Source: a virus
Taxonomy: Duplodnaviria > Caudoviricetes
IMG/VR virus record: IMGVR_UViG_3300010362_000896
Coordinates: 1 to 41,145 of that record
Reading direction: 5' to 3' (one strand)
DNA: 41,145 nt
Shown: positions 18,148-26,415 of the stretch, in pieces
How positions within the stretch are numbered: position 1 is the stretch's first letter
How the letters are laid out: each line of letters starts with the position of its first letter
The notes under the pieces: model-generated
What the model was told of the DNA's origin: nothing
Seen by the model: the letters and a program-made list of their open reading frames with translations, nothing else
Database searches by the model: none
Translations under genes and position numbers: made by a program

Positions 18148-18527
18148 CAGGCGCTCGCTGGCTCGGGCGCGGGCTCCTCTTCGGGCGGCGCCTCGGGTTC
18201 GGGCTCAGGCTCGGGCTCCTCGATGACCTCGCTCGGGAACGGCCTGATCTGCGGTGTATTGGGCACGATGTCGGTCGGGTTCTCGGATTCCACGACCTCG
18301 CGCGAGCGGATCAGGAACTCGGCGTCCGACTCGCCCGCTTCTTTCATGTACGTCAGATCCTGCGGCGCGGGCGCGTCGGCGGGCATCGGCTGCGGGTCGA
18401 GCACGGCGTTCGGCTCGCCAGGCGGGGTCTCCTGAATGACGGGCTCGACGTAGCCAGGATCCCCTGGCTCCAGGACAACGGTCTCGCCTTCCGGGGTGGT
18501 GGTCACATTGGGATCGGTCTCGGTCAT
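18147..18527 (-). CDS. Acidic Pro/Glu-rich protein
   Basis: GGAGG RBS, ATGA overlap, EPEPEP tail. Confidence 0.7.
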   Translation of the reverse strand: MTETDPNVTTTPEGETVVLEPGDPGYVEPVIQETPPGEPNAVLDPQPMPADAPAPQDLTYMKEAGESDAEFLIRSREVVESENPTDIVPNTPQIRPFPSEVIEEPEPEPEPEAPPEEEPAPEPASA

Positions 18528-19462
18528 GAGACGCCTCCGGGTACCAGGGTTCGAAGCTCAGGGAAGGTTACATGGCCCGCTCCGTTCGCGCGCAGAACGG
18601 GTTGCTGTACGAACGGGGTGCTCTGTCGGAGCATGAACGAGTACGGACAGTCAGAGATATAGTGCCACTGGCCAGGCCCGTGGCCCGTGTTCACCTGGTC
18701 GAGCAGGGGCGGCGGGCCGTGGCCGTGCCCGAGCACCTGCAGGCTGAGCAGGTTGTGGTACTCGTCCCAGACGCCGAGCACCACGGCGGGCTTGCACACG
18801 CCGTAGACAGGGTGGGTCATCTCCCACGGGCGCCAGTGGACGATACTGCCGATGGCCAGCACAGGGGTGCCGTACGGGTCGCCTGGGTCGCCCTTCGGTC
18901 CGCGCGGGCCCTCAGGCCCAACTGGTCCAGGCGGGCCAACGGGCCCCGTGGCGCCGTCGACACCGTCGGTGCCAGGCGGTCCCTGTGCCCCCGTGGGGCC
19001 CTGCGCGCCCGTGGCGCCTGGGGCGCCCTGCGCGCCCTGCGGACCGGTCGGCCCCATCGGACCCTGGATCGGGCCGACGTCGTTCCACTGGCTGCCGTTG
19101 CTGATCCACAGGTGGGTGGTGTCCAGGGCCACGTACGCGTCGTTCAGCGGCTGTGGCTGGGCAGGCAGGTTGGCGGCGCTGTTGACGCTGCCCTTCAGGT
19201 TGATGCCCGTGCCCGCTGGACCCTGCGGCCCCGTGGGCCCGAGCGGACCCTGCGGCCCTGCGGGCCCCTGCGCTCCAGGCGGCCCCGTCAGGTCAGTGCT
19301 GGTCTGGGTCCACGTGTCGCCGATCTTGGTCCACACCGAGCCATCGGTGCCCAGGAACATGTCGCCGTCGCCGCCCAGGCTGGCCGACGGCGGCGCGGGG
19401 CCCGTGTACCATGCGGCGGCACCCGCGATCATTTCGTCGTAGAGCGTGTCGCTGAAGGTCAT
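18524..19462 (-). CDS. Collagen-like (Gly-X-Y) fibre protein
   Basis: Two Gly-X-Y blocks ([12 protein letters not shown]...) separated by a small domain; C-terminal IGSIVHW...PAVV...W domain. Confidence 0.85.
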   Translation of the reverse strand: MTFSDTLYDEMIAGAAAWYTGPAPPSASLGGDGDMFLGTDGSVWTKIGDTWTQTSTDLTGPPGAQGPAGPQGPLGPTGPQGPAGTGINLKGSVNSAANLPAQPQPLNDAYVALDTTHLWISNGSQWNDVGPIQGPMGPTGPQGAQGAPGATGAQGPTGAQGPPGTDGVDGATGPVGPPGPVGPEGPRGPKGDPGDPYGTPVLAIGSIVHWRPWEMTHPVYGVCKPAVVLGVWDEYHNLLSLQVLGHGHGPPPLLDQVNTGHGPGQWHYISDCPYSFMLRQSTPFVQQPVLRANGAGHVTFPELRTLVPGGVS

Positions 19463-19695
19463 CGCTTGAGTTCTCGGGGAATGGTCTCAGGGGCGGGGTG
19501 GTCGTACGGCACGAGCCTGGTGGCTACCCCAAACTGGCCGAAGTGCCTGGTCCAGAGCATGTACGTCGAGTAGTGGTCCCAGTGGCCAGCACACTGGAGC
19601 TTGCCTCCGGTCTGCGCGCAGCGCGCCTCAGGGGAAACCGGTGCCGCGTCCTGCATCGCGCCAGTAGTCGCGCGGCCCGAAGTTCGGGCAGCCAT
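19459..19695 (-). CDS. Hypothetical protein
   Basis: ATGA overlap with the collagen gene; weak RBS. Confidence 0.45.
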   Translation of the reverse strand: MAARTSGRATTGAMQDAAPVSPEARCAQTGGKLQCAGHWDHYSTYMLWTRHFGQFGVATRLVPYDHPAPETIPRELKR

Positions 19696-19773
19696 CGAAC
19701 AGGCACAGGAGGTGGCGGTAGATCCTGGGGTACCACCACACGCGGTGGGCCCACCTGATCCTGTCCCTGCGGT

Positions 19774-20229
19774 TCAGACGATGCCGACCCACGCGCCCGC
19801 TGACTTCACGTAGATGCGCTGATTGGCGGTACCCGGGGTACCGTTGCGGAAGTAGAAGTCGCCATCGACGCCAAGACCAGCAGTGGGTGCGGGGTTACCC
19901 GCGTAGATCTGGACGCCGCCGACGTTCAGACCGACAGAGCTAACCAGCGTATTAGATGCCCAGATGGTGCGCGGACGGGAAGCCGAGCTAGTCCCGATGT
20001 TGTACGTGTTATCGGGCGAAAAGAGCAGGTTGCCACTGAGCGTCAAGGGACCGCTCAGGGTCAGGCTAGTCAGCGTCGTCCCCGCGCCAGCGCCGCCGAT
20101 CAGGCTGGCCTGGACGGCCATCACGGCGTCGGCCAGTTCGGCGTTGGCCTCGTTGGTGATCTCGTCGACGGCCAGCGGGAACACGCTGCGGGTATAGACG
20201 GGGTTATTGGCGGGTCTGGGTTGGGCCAA
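19774..20229 (-). CDS. Tail fibre/minor structural protein
   Basis: GGAGGG then TTG at 20229; DNTYNIGTSSASRPRTIW and GVDGDFYF...IYVK..GAW fibre-type motifs. Confidence 0.65.
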   Translation of the reverse strand: MAQPRPANNPVYTRSVFPLAVDEITNEANAELADAVMAVQASLIGGAGAGTTLTSLTLSGPLTLSGNLLFSPDNTYNIGTSSASRPRTIWASNTLVSSVGLNVGGVQIYAGNPAPTAGLGVDGDFYFRNGTPGTANQRIYVKSAGAWVGIV

Positions 20230-20431
20230 GGCTGTTCCCTCCGAAGGCAATCGCGCAGTTGGCCCACATCCTGGCCTCCTGCAGCTTGCGGATGGCGAGC
20301 GTCCGATCTGGCCCCTCGGGCACATGGTTCAGGATCTCGTCGTACAGGTCCGCCGCCGCCGCATTGACCGCCTCGTAGTGCGGCAGCGTCTCGGGCGTGG
20401 TCGGGATGTAGGTGAACGGGCTAGGCGGCAC
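20204..20431 (-). CDS. Acb2/Tad1-like helical hairpin protein (candidate nucleotide-signal sponge)
   Basis: GGAGG then GTG at 20431. FTYIPTT...YEAV...EILNHVPEGPDRTLAIRKLQEARMWANCAIA matches the FTY...R.LA..KL.EA.MWAN.AIA pattern. Confidence 0.7.
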   Translation of the reverse strand: MPPSPFTYIPTTPETLPHYEAVNAAAADLYDEILNHVPEGPDRTLAIRKLQEARMWANCAIAFGGNSLGPTQTRQ

Positions 20432-20570
20432 GGCGAGCCTCCACGGAGCGGTTACGCCACAAGCTGGGCGTGACCTTCCCGTACGGCCGCGCGGCGCACG
20501 CGGCGCACATCCTGTTGCGCGTGATGACCAGCCGCCGCCCGCAGCGTGCACACACGTCGATGCGCGTCAC
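20421..20570 (-). CDS. Small zinc-finger protein
   Basis: GTGA overlap with the upstream gene; CARC...CAAC. Confidence 0.5.
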   Translation of the reverse strand: MTRIDVCARCGRRLVITRNRMCAACAARPYGKVTPSLWRNRSVEARRAA

Positions 20571-21232
20571 GCTGCCCTCGCACCCTCTAAAGCCGCCCTG
20601 ACGTCCTTCATGATGGCGTGCCACAGGTCGGGCTGCGATGCGGCGAGGTGCTTCTCCACGAGCGACAGGATGGCCTCCGCGACCGCCTGCGACTCCTTGG
20701 TGATGTTCTCGCTCTTCATCGTCTCGGTGTACTTCTGAAGCTGGTTGACGTAGCTCAGCAACTGCGCGTTCAGGCTGGTGTGCTCCGAGGCGGCGAAGCT
20801 GCGCCCGCTGGTCTCCATCTGCTTCAAGCGCACGTGCAGCCCCGCCACCCGCTCGCACAGGAGCCGGTAGTGCGGCCCGCCGTCGAACTGCTCCAGCAGG
20901 GAAGCGAGCATGTCCTGGTACGCCTGGTCGCTCAGCGCGGGCAACTCCAACTGTTTACGCCTGAGTTGCTCACCTAAAGATTGCGCCTGGTCGGCGATCT
21001 CCGACCAGCGCCGATACGCATTCCTGACGTTCCTGCGCGCGTTCTCCAGCAGGTCGGGGTCGTTCTCGGGGTCGATGTCGTCGGCCAGCCTGCAGCACTC
21101 GTCCCACTCGTCGTACGCCCGCCGCTGGGCATCGAGCACATGTCTCAGGCGAAGCTCGGGGTCGAGCCCCTGATCCAGGAATATGCTCGGCGGCGCAGGG
21201 GGGTTCGTCCCGTTCAGTATCTGCAGACCCAC
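20567..21232 (-). CDS. Putative terminase small subunit (first gene of the late operon)
   Basis: All-helical 221 aa; C-terminal AILSLVEKHL...LWHAIMKDVRAAL resembles TerS tails. The assignment is inferred from position and pattern. Confidence 0.4.
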   Translation of the reverse strand: MGLQILNGTNPPAPPSIFLDQGLDPELRLRHVLDAQRRAYDEWDECCRLADDIDPENDPDLLENARRNVRNAYRRWSEIADQAQSLGEQLRRKQLELPALSDQAYQDMLASLLEQFDGGPHYRLLCERVAGLHVRLKQMETSGRSFAASEHTSLNAQLLSYVNQLQKYTETMKSENITKESQAVAEAILSLVEKHLAASQPDLWHAIMKDVRAALEGARAA

Positions 21233-21248
21233 GCGCTCCAGCGTAGCA
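21233..21248 (-). promoter_or_regulatory. Extended -10 promoter giving a leaderless late transcript
   Basis: Minus strand TGC-TACGCT followed 7 nt later by the GTG start at 21232; no consensus -35. Confidence 0.5.
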
Positions 21249-21251
21249 CGC

Positions 21252-21281
21252 TTGACAAGTGGGGAAGTAGGGGGGTATGAG
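21252..21281 (+). promoter_or_regulatory. Sigma70-type promoter
   Basis: TTGACA (21252)-18 nt-TATGAG; -35 sits in the palindrome CTTG-A-CAAG. Confidence 0.5.
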
Positions 21282-21342
21282 TAGCTTTTGAGTCCCGGTG
21301 GCTGGTGTGGGAGCTAGATGCTGGGCACGCAAGGAGTAGCAC

Positions 21343-21543
21343 ATGGCGATCAGAACCGGTTCGATCACGCGCGAGCTTGCCTCCGAAAACCCCGACCTGC
21401 TGGAGATGATCCTGGAGGACTACAAGCGCGCCGCGCGCCGCGAGAAGTCCTCGCGGCAGGACTTTGCGATGGGCTGGCTGGCCCGCGCGCGGCGTGCCCG
21501 CGAGCAGGAGATGGCCCGCCGCCAGGAGGTTCTGCCCTGGTAG
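21343..21543 (+). CDS. Hypothetical protein
   Basis: AAGGAG RBS; shares the K.SRQD[FY]A.GWL motif with the next gene. Confidence 0.75.
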   Translation: MAIRTGSITRELASENPDLLEMILEDYKRAARREKSSRQDFAMGWLARARRAREQEMARRQEVLPW

Positions 21544-21559
21544 CCCAGTGTTAGATGGG

Positions 21560-21589
21560 TTGACACTTCAATTTCCGGTTTGGTACCCT
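21560..21589 (+). promoter_or_regulatory. Sigma70-type promoter
   Basis: TTGACA-18 nt-(TGG)TACCCT. Confidence 0.6.
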
Positions 21590-21620
21590 TGGCGTGTCGT
21601 CGAAAGGAGTCGTTTGAAAC

Positions 21621-22367
21621 GTGAAACGTTGGAATAAGGAAACACGCCAGTGGGAGCGCAAAGACGGTGAGACGTGGGTTGCCCTGGAGCAGGCCGAGAC
21701 GGATCTCGATACGGCCCTGGAGGCCGCCTTCGAAGAGGTGGTCGCGGCCGTACAGCCCGACCCTGCGCCGCCGCCCGAGACCGTGGTGGCGGTGGCTGAT
21801 CTTCCTGCTCCAGCTAGTGACCATCCTGCTGCTGGTAACGGTGAACTGGGAGACGCCCTGGACTTCGGCCGTGATCTCAGCAGTTCGATCCATTCTGTCG
21901 ACGTAGTCGACGAGGTGCCTGGGTTGGTTTCGGGCGATGGTGCACGCGGCGTAGCGGGGGCGCGTGGCGTCCGCGAGCGCTTGCAGAAGCTCAAGAGCAG
22001 GAAGGCGCCCGCCCAGGTGGTCCAGGTCGGGCCCAGGAGTGCCAGGGCGGTCGGCCCCGCCGTGAAGGACACCACGTCCGCCCGCCAGGCGCGCACCAGG
22101 GCACAGGTTGTGGCGCAGAGCGGGAGCGAGCCCAAGCAGCGCTACACGAACCGCCCCGCGCCCGAACTGCTCGCGGCCCGCCCGAAGTGGGTCCAGGACC
22201 TGTTCGAAGCACATTTTCGTTCTGACCTGACCCTCGGCATGCGGCGGACCTTCAACCGCATGAAGATCTCCAGGCAGGACTACGCCATCGGCTGGCTGAC
22301 GCTGCTCGACAAGGTGCGCGAGGACCCGTCCGTGCTGCGCCTGAAGGACCGCGAGAACGGGGCTTAG
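21621..22367 (+). CDS. Hypothetical protein
   Basis: AAAGGAG RBS before GTG; disordered middle and a helical C-terminal domain. Confidence 0.7.
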   Translation: MKRWNKETRQWERKDGETWVALEQAETDLDTALEAAFEEVVAAVQPDPAPPPETVVAVADLPAPASDHPAAGNGELGDALDFGRDLSSSIHSVDVVDEVPGLVSGDGARGVAGARGVRERLQKLKSRKAPAQVVQVGPRSARAVGPAVKDTTSARQARTRAQVVAQSGSEPKQRYTNRPAPELLAARPKWVQDLFEAHFRSDLTLGMRRTFNRMKISRQDYAIGWLTLLDKVREDPSVLRLKDRENGA

Positions 22368-22394
22368 GGGCTACCACAGGCACAGGGTGGTGCG

Positions 22395-22736
22395 GTGCCG
22401 AGTGTGCCGCGCCACCGTATTCTGGTCGGTCGTATGTGTGGCCAGGACGGGAGAGATGGTGTGCTGGGTGGGGAACGGGCTTTTGTGCTCGAACTGTCGG
22501 GCGAAGACGCCGAGACGGTGATGCACATTGTGGAGGAGTGGGTCTCGAACCAGCGCCGCAAGCAGGGCCTGACGAACGCCAACTGGCTGTCGCCCGACCG
22601 ACTACGTGAGCACAGGTTGAGGGAGAAAGAGATCCAGCGCGTGCAGAAGTGGGTCTGGGCGTGGGACAAGCTGGTCAGGGAGTGGGGCCATTCTGCGCGG
22701 TCAGGGGAAGGGATCTCGAAAAACCGGCCAGGGTAA
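22395..22736 (+). CDS. Hypothetical protein (start uncertain)
   Basis: Coding-like composition from about 22460 onward. Confidence 0.5.
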   Translation: MPSVPRHRILVGRMCGQDGRDGVLGGERAFVLELSGEDAETVMHIVEEWVSNQRRKQGLTNANWLSPDRLREHRLREKEIQRVQKWVWAWDKLVREWGHSARSGEGISKNRPG

Positions 22737-22803
22737 AGTCCCGAATTGCGCCCCCTTTATAGTGCAGCACCACCGGGGGGGCGGGCCGGGGGCGCATGTA
22801 ACG

Positions 22804-22945
22804 GTCCGGTAAAGCTCCGGTAACGCTCCGGTTCCGCTCCGGTAACAGTCCGGACACGGGCACTGTTACTGGAGTGACACACACCCGTTACTGGAGCGAG
22901 CGCACTCCGTGAACGAGCCGTTGCGTAACGACCAGTTCACGGAGT
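22804..22945. repeat. 11-bp tandem repeats with inverted copies
   Basis: About five units of gctccggtaac-like sequence (22804-22857), then gttactggag x2 (22865, 22887) in inverted orientation, then the inverted repeat actccgtgaac/gttcacggagt. Confidence 0.8.
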
Positions 22946-23235
22946 CGTGACACTCCACACCCAGCAGCACCACACTCCGAGAAGCGCTCGTTACCCAAAC
23001 TGGTACCATACTGTGCCGGATCTGGTAAGCACGAGGTGTTGCATGGGTGTACTTTGGTGGTGTCACCAGCGAGCGGGGCCGACAGGCGGGGCTCGACAAG
23101 GTGGCGAACCCGACCAAGAGGTCTCCCCCGCGTGCGAGTGTCATCGTTACGGCATGTGGAGCGAGGGGAATCGGCTAGTTCAAGCGGGTTACTGGTATCG
23201 CGGCCAATCCTGGCCATACCAACTGAGGGAGATGC

Positions 23236-23643
23236 ATGAGCATCCTCGATTCACTGGGCAGCGCGAGCCCTCAAGAGCGCACTCTAGCGGTGGTCGTTGA
23301 CTTTGTGGTGAGCGTTGAGAAACACGTCTCCAAGACCACAGGGAAGACGTCCTACGGGTTCAAGATTGCGCCCAAGCTGGCCGATGGCAGCATCGGTCGC
23401 TTCGGCGATATGTGGATCCGTCTCGATTCGCCCGACGCACTGCGCGCGTTCGTCGCCGCGCTGCCTCGCATTGCGAAGGCAGCGGGCGCGCTCGACGCGA
23501 AGATGGTCGAGGCGAAAGAATGGGCCGCGCCCCCGAAACCCGCCACATCGACGCCCAAGCCGAAAGCTGAGGCGCCTGCAAAAGCTGAGCCTGCAGAGAG
23601 GCGCTCGGCACTCGACGATATCCTCGGCGACCTGCCCGCTTGA
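23236..23643 (+). CDS. Hypothetical protein, possibly ssDNA-binding (PC4-like core, acidic tail)
   Basis: GAGGGAG RBS; beta-beta-beta-alpha-like core and C-terminal LDDILGDLPA. Confidence 0.55.
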   Translation: MSILDSLGSASPQERTLAVVVDFVVSVEKHVSKTTGKTSYGFKIAPKLADGSIGRFGDMWIRLDSPDALRAFVAALPRIAKAAGALDAKMVEAKEWAAPPKPATSTPKPKAEAPAKAEPAERRSALDDILGDLPA

Positions 23644-23699
23644 GGATCATGGCTGGATGGGGGGCGCTGCCTCCCATCCTCCCGCGTCGGGAGGTACCA

Positions 23700-24137
23700 A
23701 TGGTCAAGGTTCAATTCGAGTCCGCTGCTGAGCAGCAGACATGGAGCGAGCGGGCAGAAAAGCTGCAGAAGCTAGCCGACAACATCGACGTTGCGGTGAC
23801 CTACCTGCAGCTTCTGGCCAAGGACGCACGCGAGGCGCTGCAGCAGAGCCGCGAGGCGCTGCAGCAGGCGCCCGCCAAGCCCGTCCCCACGGTCGATGAG
23901 TACATCGCGGAGGCGACCAGCGCCACCGCGATTTACAAGGCCATGGAAGGTGAGCTTGGCATCGACCGCCGAACGATCCTCGCGCGCGTGCAACGGCTGG
24001 TACTCAGCCATGGCTTGCAGAAACGCTGGCCAGATTGGAGTACGAACGTCGCGCTGGCCCGCTCACTGGCGCAGCGCACGCCCTCAGGTGAGTTTCGCCT
24101 GACGGTTGCGCTGCGCGAGCTTGAGTCCAAGGTCTAG
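23700..24137 (+). CDS. Hypothetical helical protein
   Basis: GGGAGGT RBS before ATG 23700. Confidence 0.7.
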   Translation: MVKVQFESAAEQQTWSERAEKLQKLADNIDVAVTYLQLLAKDAREALQQSREALQQAPAKPVPTVDEYIAEATSATAIYKAMEGELGIDRRTILARVQRLVLSHGLQKRWPDWSTNVALARSLAQRTPSGEFRLTVALRELESKV

Positions 24138-24143
24138 CCTAGT

Positions 24144-24173
24144 GCGCACGAGGGGTAGCCGCCCCTCGTGCGC
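24144..24173 (+). terminator. GC-rich hairpin (terminator or processing site)
   Basis: Perfect 12-bp stem gcgcacgagggg/cccctcgtgcgc right after a stop codon; no U-tract. Confidence 0.55.
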
Positions 24174-24193
24174 TGCCCACATCGGAGGGACCG

Positions 24194-24340
24194 ATGCAAC
24201 GTAACGCTACCCGCGCGCGGCAGCGCCGCACAAGAGACAAGCGCGAGGCACTCGCGCGCCGCGCCGCCGTGCGCGCGGCCGATACCCGTAGCTTCCGCGC
24301 CTACGCGCGCAAGCTGGTCTCATGGGTCACCGCAAGGTGA
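24194..24340 (+). CDS. Small Arg-rich protein (48 aa)
   Basis: GGAGGGA RBS; MQRNATRARQRRTRDKREALARR... Confidence 0.55.
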   Translation: MQRNATRARQRRTRDKREALARRAAVRAADTRSFRAYARKLVSWVTAR

Positions 24341-24363
24341 CCCTCTCGCGCTACTGGGGCGCC

Positions 24364-24564
24364 ATGGCGGCTGACCGCTGCAGCGTATGCGGGCGCATCG
24401 TGGCCCAGCAGAACGGCGGGCTGCGCCCGCACAAGACCATCGGCCGCCCGATCAACGGGCGCAACGAGCGCGGGCGCATGACGCTCGACCAGTGGCGCGC
24501 GGCTGGGCCCGCGTGGTGCTGGGGCGGAGCACAGCAGTTACGTCTACCTGAGGCGGGCGAGTAG
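24364..24564 (+). CDS. Small Zn-binding protein
   Basis: CSVCG...PH...WC; followed by a GC hairpin at about 24575-24615. Confidence 0.5.
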   Translation: MAADRCSVCGRIVAQQNGGLRPHKTIGRPINGRNERGRMTLDQWRAAGPAWCWGGAQQLRLPEAGE

Positions 24565-24686
24565 CCCACCTCTCCCCCCCGGCGCGGCCCGGTGTTACCG
24601 GGCCCGCACGGGGGCGGGGTCGCTTTTCCGCGTGCGCTGGCTGGGCTGATGGACTTTGACCGCGCTGTATGGGCCGGCGGAACCGG

Positions 24687-24919
24687 GCCCTGGACATGAC
24701 ATAACGTAGGATTTGTCTAGGCACCATGTCCAGTAGCTAACCAGCGGACATTGTCCATTTCACCGGTAAGCTAGTGGACATGGTGACAGCGATGTCCAGG
24801 GCATATAAGCTAGTACCGGTCTGCTTAATCTTAGCTAATACCGGTTATTGGCCACAGCTTAGTAATGACCAAAGGCACCCCCCGGTACCGTTTCTATTGC
24901 CTAAGCTATGGCCAATAAC
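24687..24919. repeat. Nested inverted repeats in an AT-richer non-coding island
   Basis: gccctggacat/atgtccagggc (24687/24792); 21-bp inverted repeat 24722-24742/24765-24785 (2 mismatches); 19-bp inverted repeat 24844-24862/24901-24919 (1 mismatch). Confidence 0.85.
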
Positions 24920-24998
24920 GAGCTAAACTAGGGCTGATTGAGGCTTCTTTCGAACTCGTATACCCCTCTGTGTCCGTGACCAGGCTGTGGCCAATCGC

Positions 24999-25027
24999 TT
25001 GACAAGCTAAAAACACCTAGCTAACAT
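24999..25027 (+). promoter_or_regulatory. Sigma70 promoter, probably leaderless
   Basis: TTGACA-17 nt-TAACAT; ATG at 25035 coincides with the expected TSS and has no SD. Confidence 0.7.
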
Positions 25028-25034
25028 GTGCTAC

Positions 25035-26309
25035 ATGGCCCAACACGACCCCGCAGCCCTGGCCCTGCAGGTACCCGAGCACGAGATCGAAGCCCTGCTC
25101 GCCACGCCCTTGCCCACTACTCCTGGGCTCCATCCGTCCCTGCGTCCTGAGATGCAGCAAGCCCCCAGCCATGTGCACACCACTGCCTTCCCAGGTACCG
25201 CCATGCCCGTGCTGCTAACCGATGTGCGTCCCGACCCGCACAATGGGGCCCATTACCCGCAGAAACCGTTTGCCTGGCACAAGACGGGGCTCGTGCAGCA
25301 CGTCAAGCTCTATCCCGTCTTCCCCATCCCAGGTGGGCGCCCGGACTGGTTCCCAGGCTGGTCGGTGCTGCATCTGGGATTTATCCACCCTGCCTTCAGC
25401 ATTCAAGCACTGGGCGGACAGACGGGGCCCGACCATATGCGTGCCTATGCTCACCTGCTCGTCCGCACTCGCCGGGCGGTCAGCCTCATGACTCCACCGC
25501 CCGGCGGATTGGCTGCTAGCTTGCTTATCGAGTGGACGCAGTGGGAGCGTACGCTGCACATGCAGTGGCTCACGCGCATCCTGCCCCACCTCGATGTGTC
25601 CTCGTTCCAGCCTGACAAGACACGCTGCTGGCCGTGGCGCCGTGGTGCCCCGCAGGATCGGGGCAGACCGGTCGTCAACATCGGACATGCCAGCAATGTG
25701 TCGGTCACTCGCTATCTGTGGTCGTTCGAGAAGCCCGAGGTCTGGCTGCCGTCCGACAAGCGTCTGTTCCACCGGGACGATCACTCGGCCGATGCTGAGC
25801 GGTGCGTCAATCCGAATCACTACGACTTCGTGCCCGACGGCAGGCTGGACTACGTGCGCGATACGCGTACTCAGCCCTTCAAGCGGGGTCAGTGGTCGCG
25901 TCGTACGTCCTGGAATACTGCTGACGTCAGCCAGCTACGGGATGGCCAGATCATCTGCACCAACTGCAACGAGCCGATGGGAGGCCGGGCACAGGAACGG
26001 TTCGAGTCGGGCACCGTCAAAGGTCGTGATCATTGCCCGTCGTGCTGGCGCAAGATGACCGGAGCCAGATCCCGAGTGCGCAGGGATAGCTTCGACGATC
26101 TGCAGCGCAATATCACCTATCAGGACAGGATCGACGAGGCAGCCATGTTCGAGAGCGTACGCAAGGCTCAGGATGAGCGGGTCATGTCCAACCCGCCTGC
26201 ACTGGGCGAACCAGCGCCGGTACGGTATGCAGACAACGTGGACAAAGACATCGCGGCCTATCGCAGGCTCAAGGCTGCACACCCTGAGCTATTCGAAGAT
26301 GACGATTAG
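25035..26309 (+). CDS. Large protein with HNH/His-Me-finger-like domain and Zn ribbon
   Basis: CWPW...GRP...RYLW...HR...CVNPNH motif plus CTNC/CPSC; the N-terminal ~170 aa are unassigned. Confidence 0.6.
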   Translation: MAQHDPAALALQVPEHEIEALLATPLPTTPGLHPSLRPEMQQAPSHVHTTAFPGTAMPVLLTDVRPDPHNGAHYPQKPFAWHKTGLVQHVKLYPVFPIPGGRPDWFPGWSVLHLGFIHPAFSIQALGGQTGPDHMRAYAHLLVRTRRAVSLMTPPPGGLAASLLIEWTQWERTLHMQWLTRILPHLDVSSFQPDKTRCWPWRRGAPQDRGRPVVNIGHASNVSVTRYLWSFEKPEVWLPSDKRLFHRDDHSADAERCVNPNHYDFVPDGRLDYVRDTRTQPFKRGQWSRRTSWNTADVSQLRDGQIICTNCNEPMGGRAQERFESGTVKGRDHCPSCWRKMTGARSRVRRDSFDDLQRNITYQDRIDEAAMFESVRKAQDERVMSNPPALGEPAPVRYADNVDKDIAAYRRLKAAHPELFEDDD

Positions 26310-26315
26310 ACTAGC

Positions 26316-26367
26316 CCGGCATTAGCGGCAATCGAGTGTTGACAACTGTGGACCATCGTGGTACGGT
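26316..26367 (+). promoter_or_regulatory. Upstream box + sigma70 promoter
   Basis: ccggcattagcgg (26316-26328); TTGACA (26339)-17 nt-(TGG)TACGGT. Confidence 0.75.
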
Positions 26368-26415
26368 GGGAGTGCGCGGTCGGACGCCGCGACATTCCAC
26401 CCCTGAGGAGGGACG

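Noticed and set aside
22804-22945. Possible CRISPR or mini-array
   Set aside because: Repeats are 10-11 bp and contiguous with no unique spacers; no cas genes.
23040-23225. Possible tRNA or other known structured RNA
   Set aside because: No cloverleaf or T-loop consensus in proper context; only a local hairpin is supportable.
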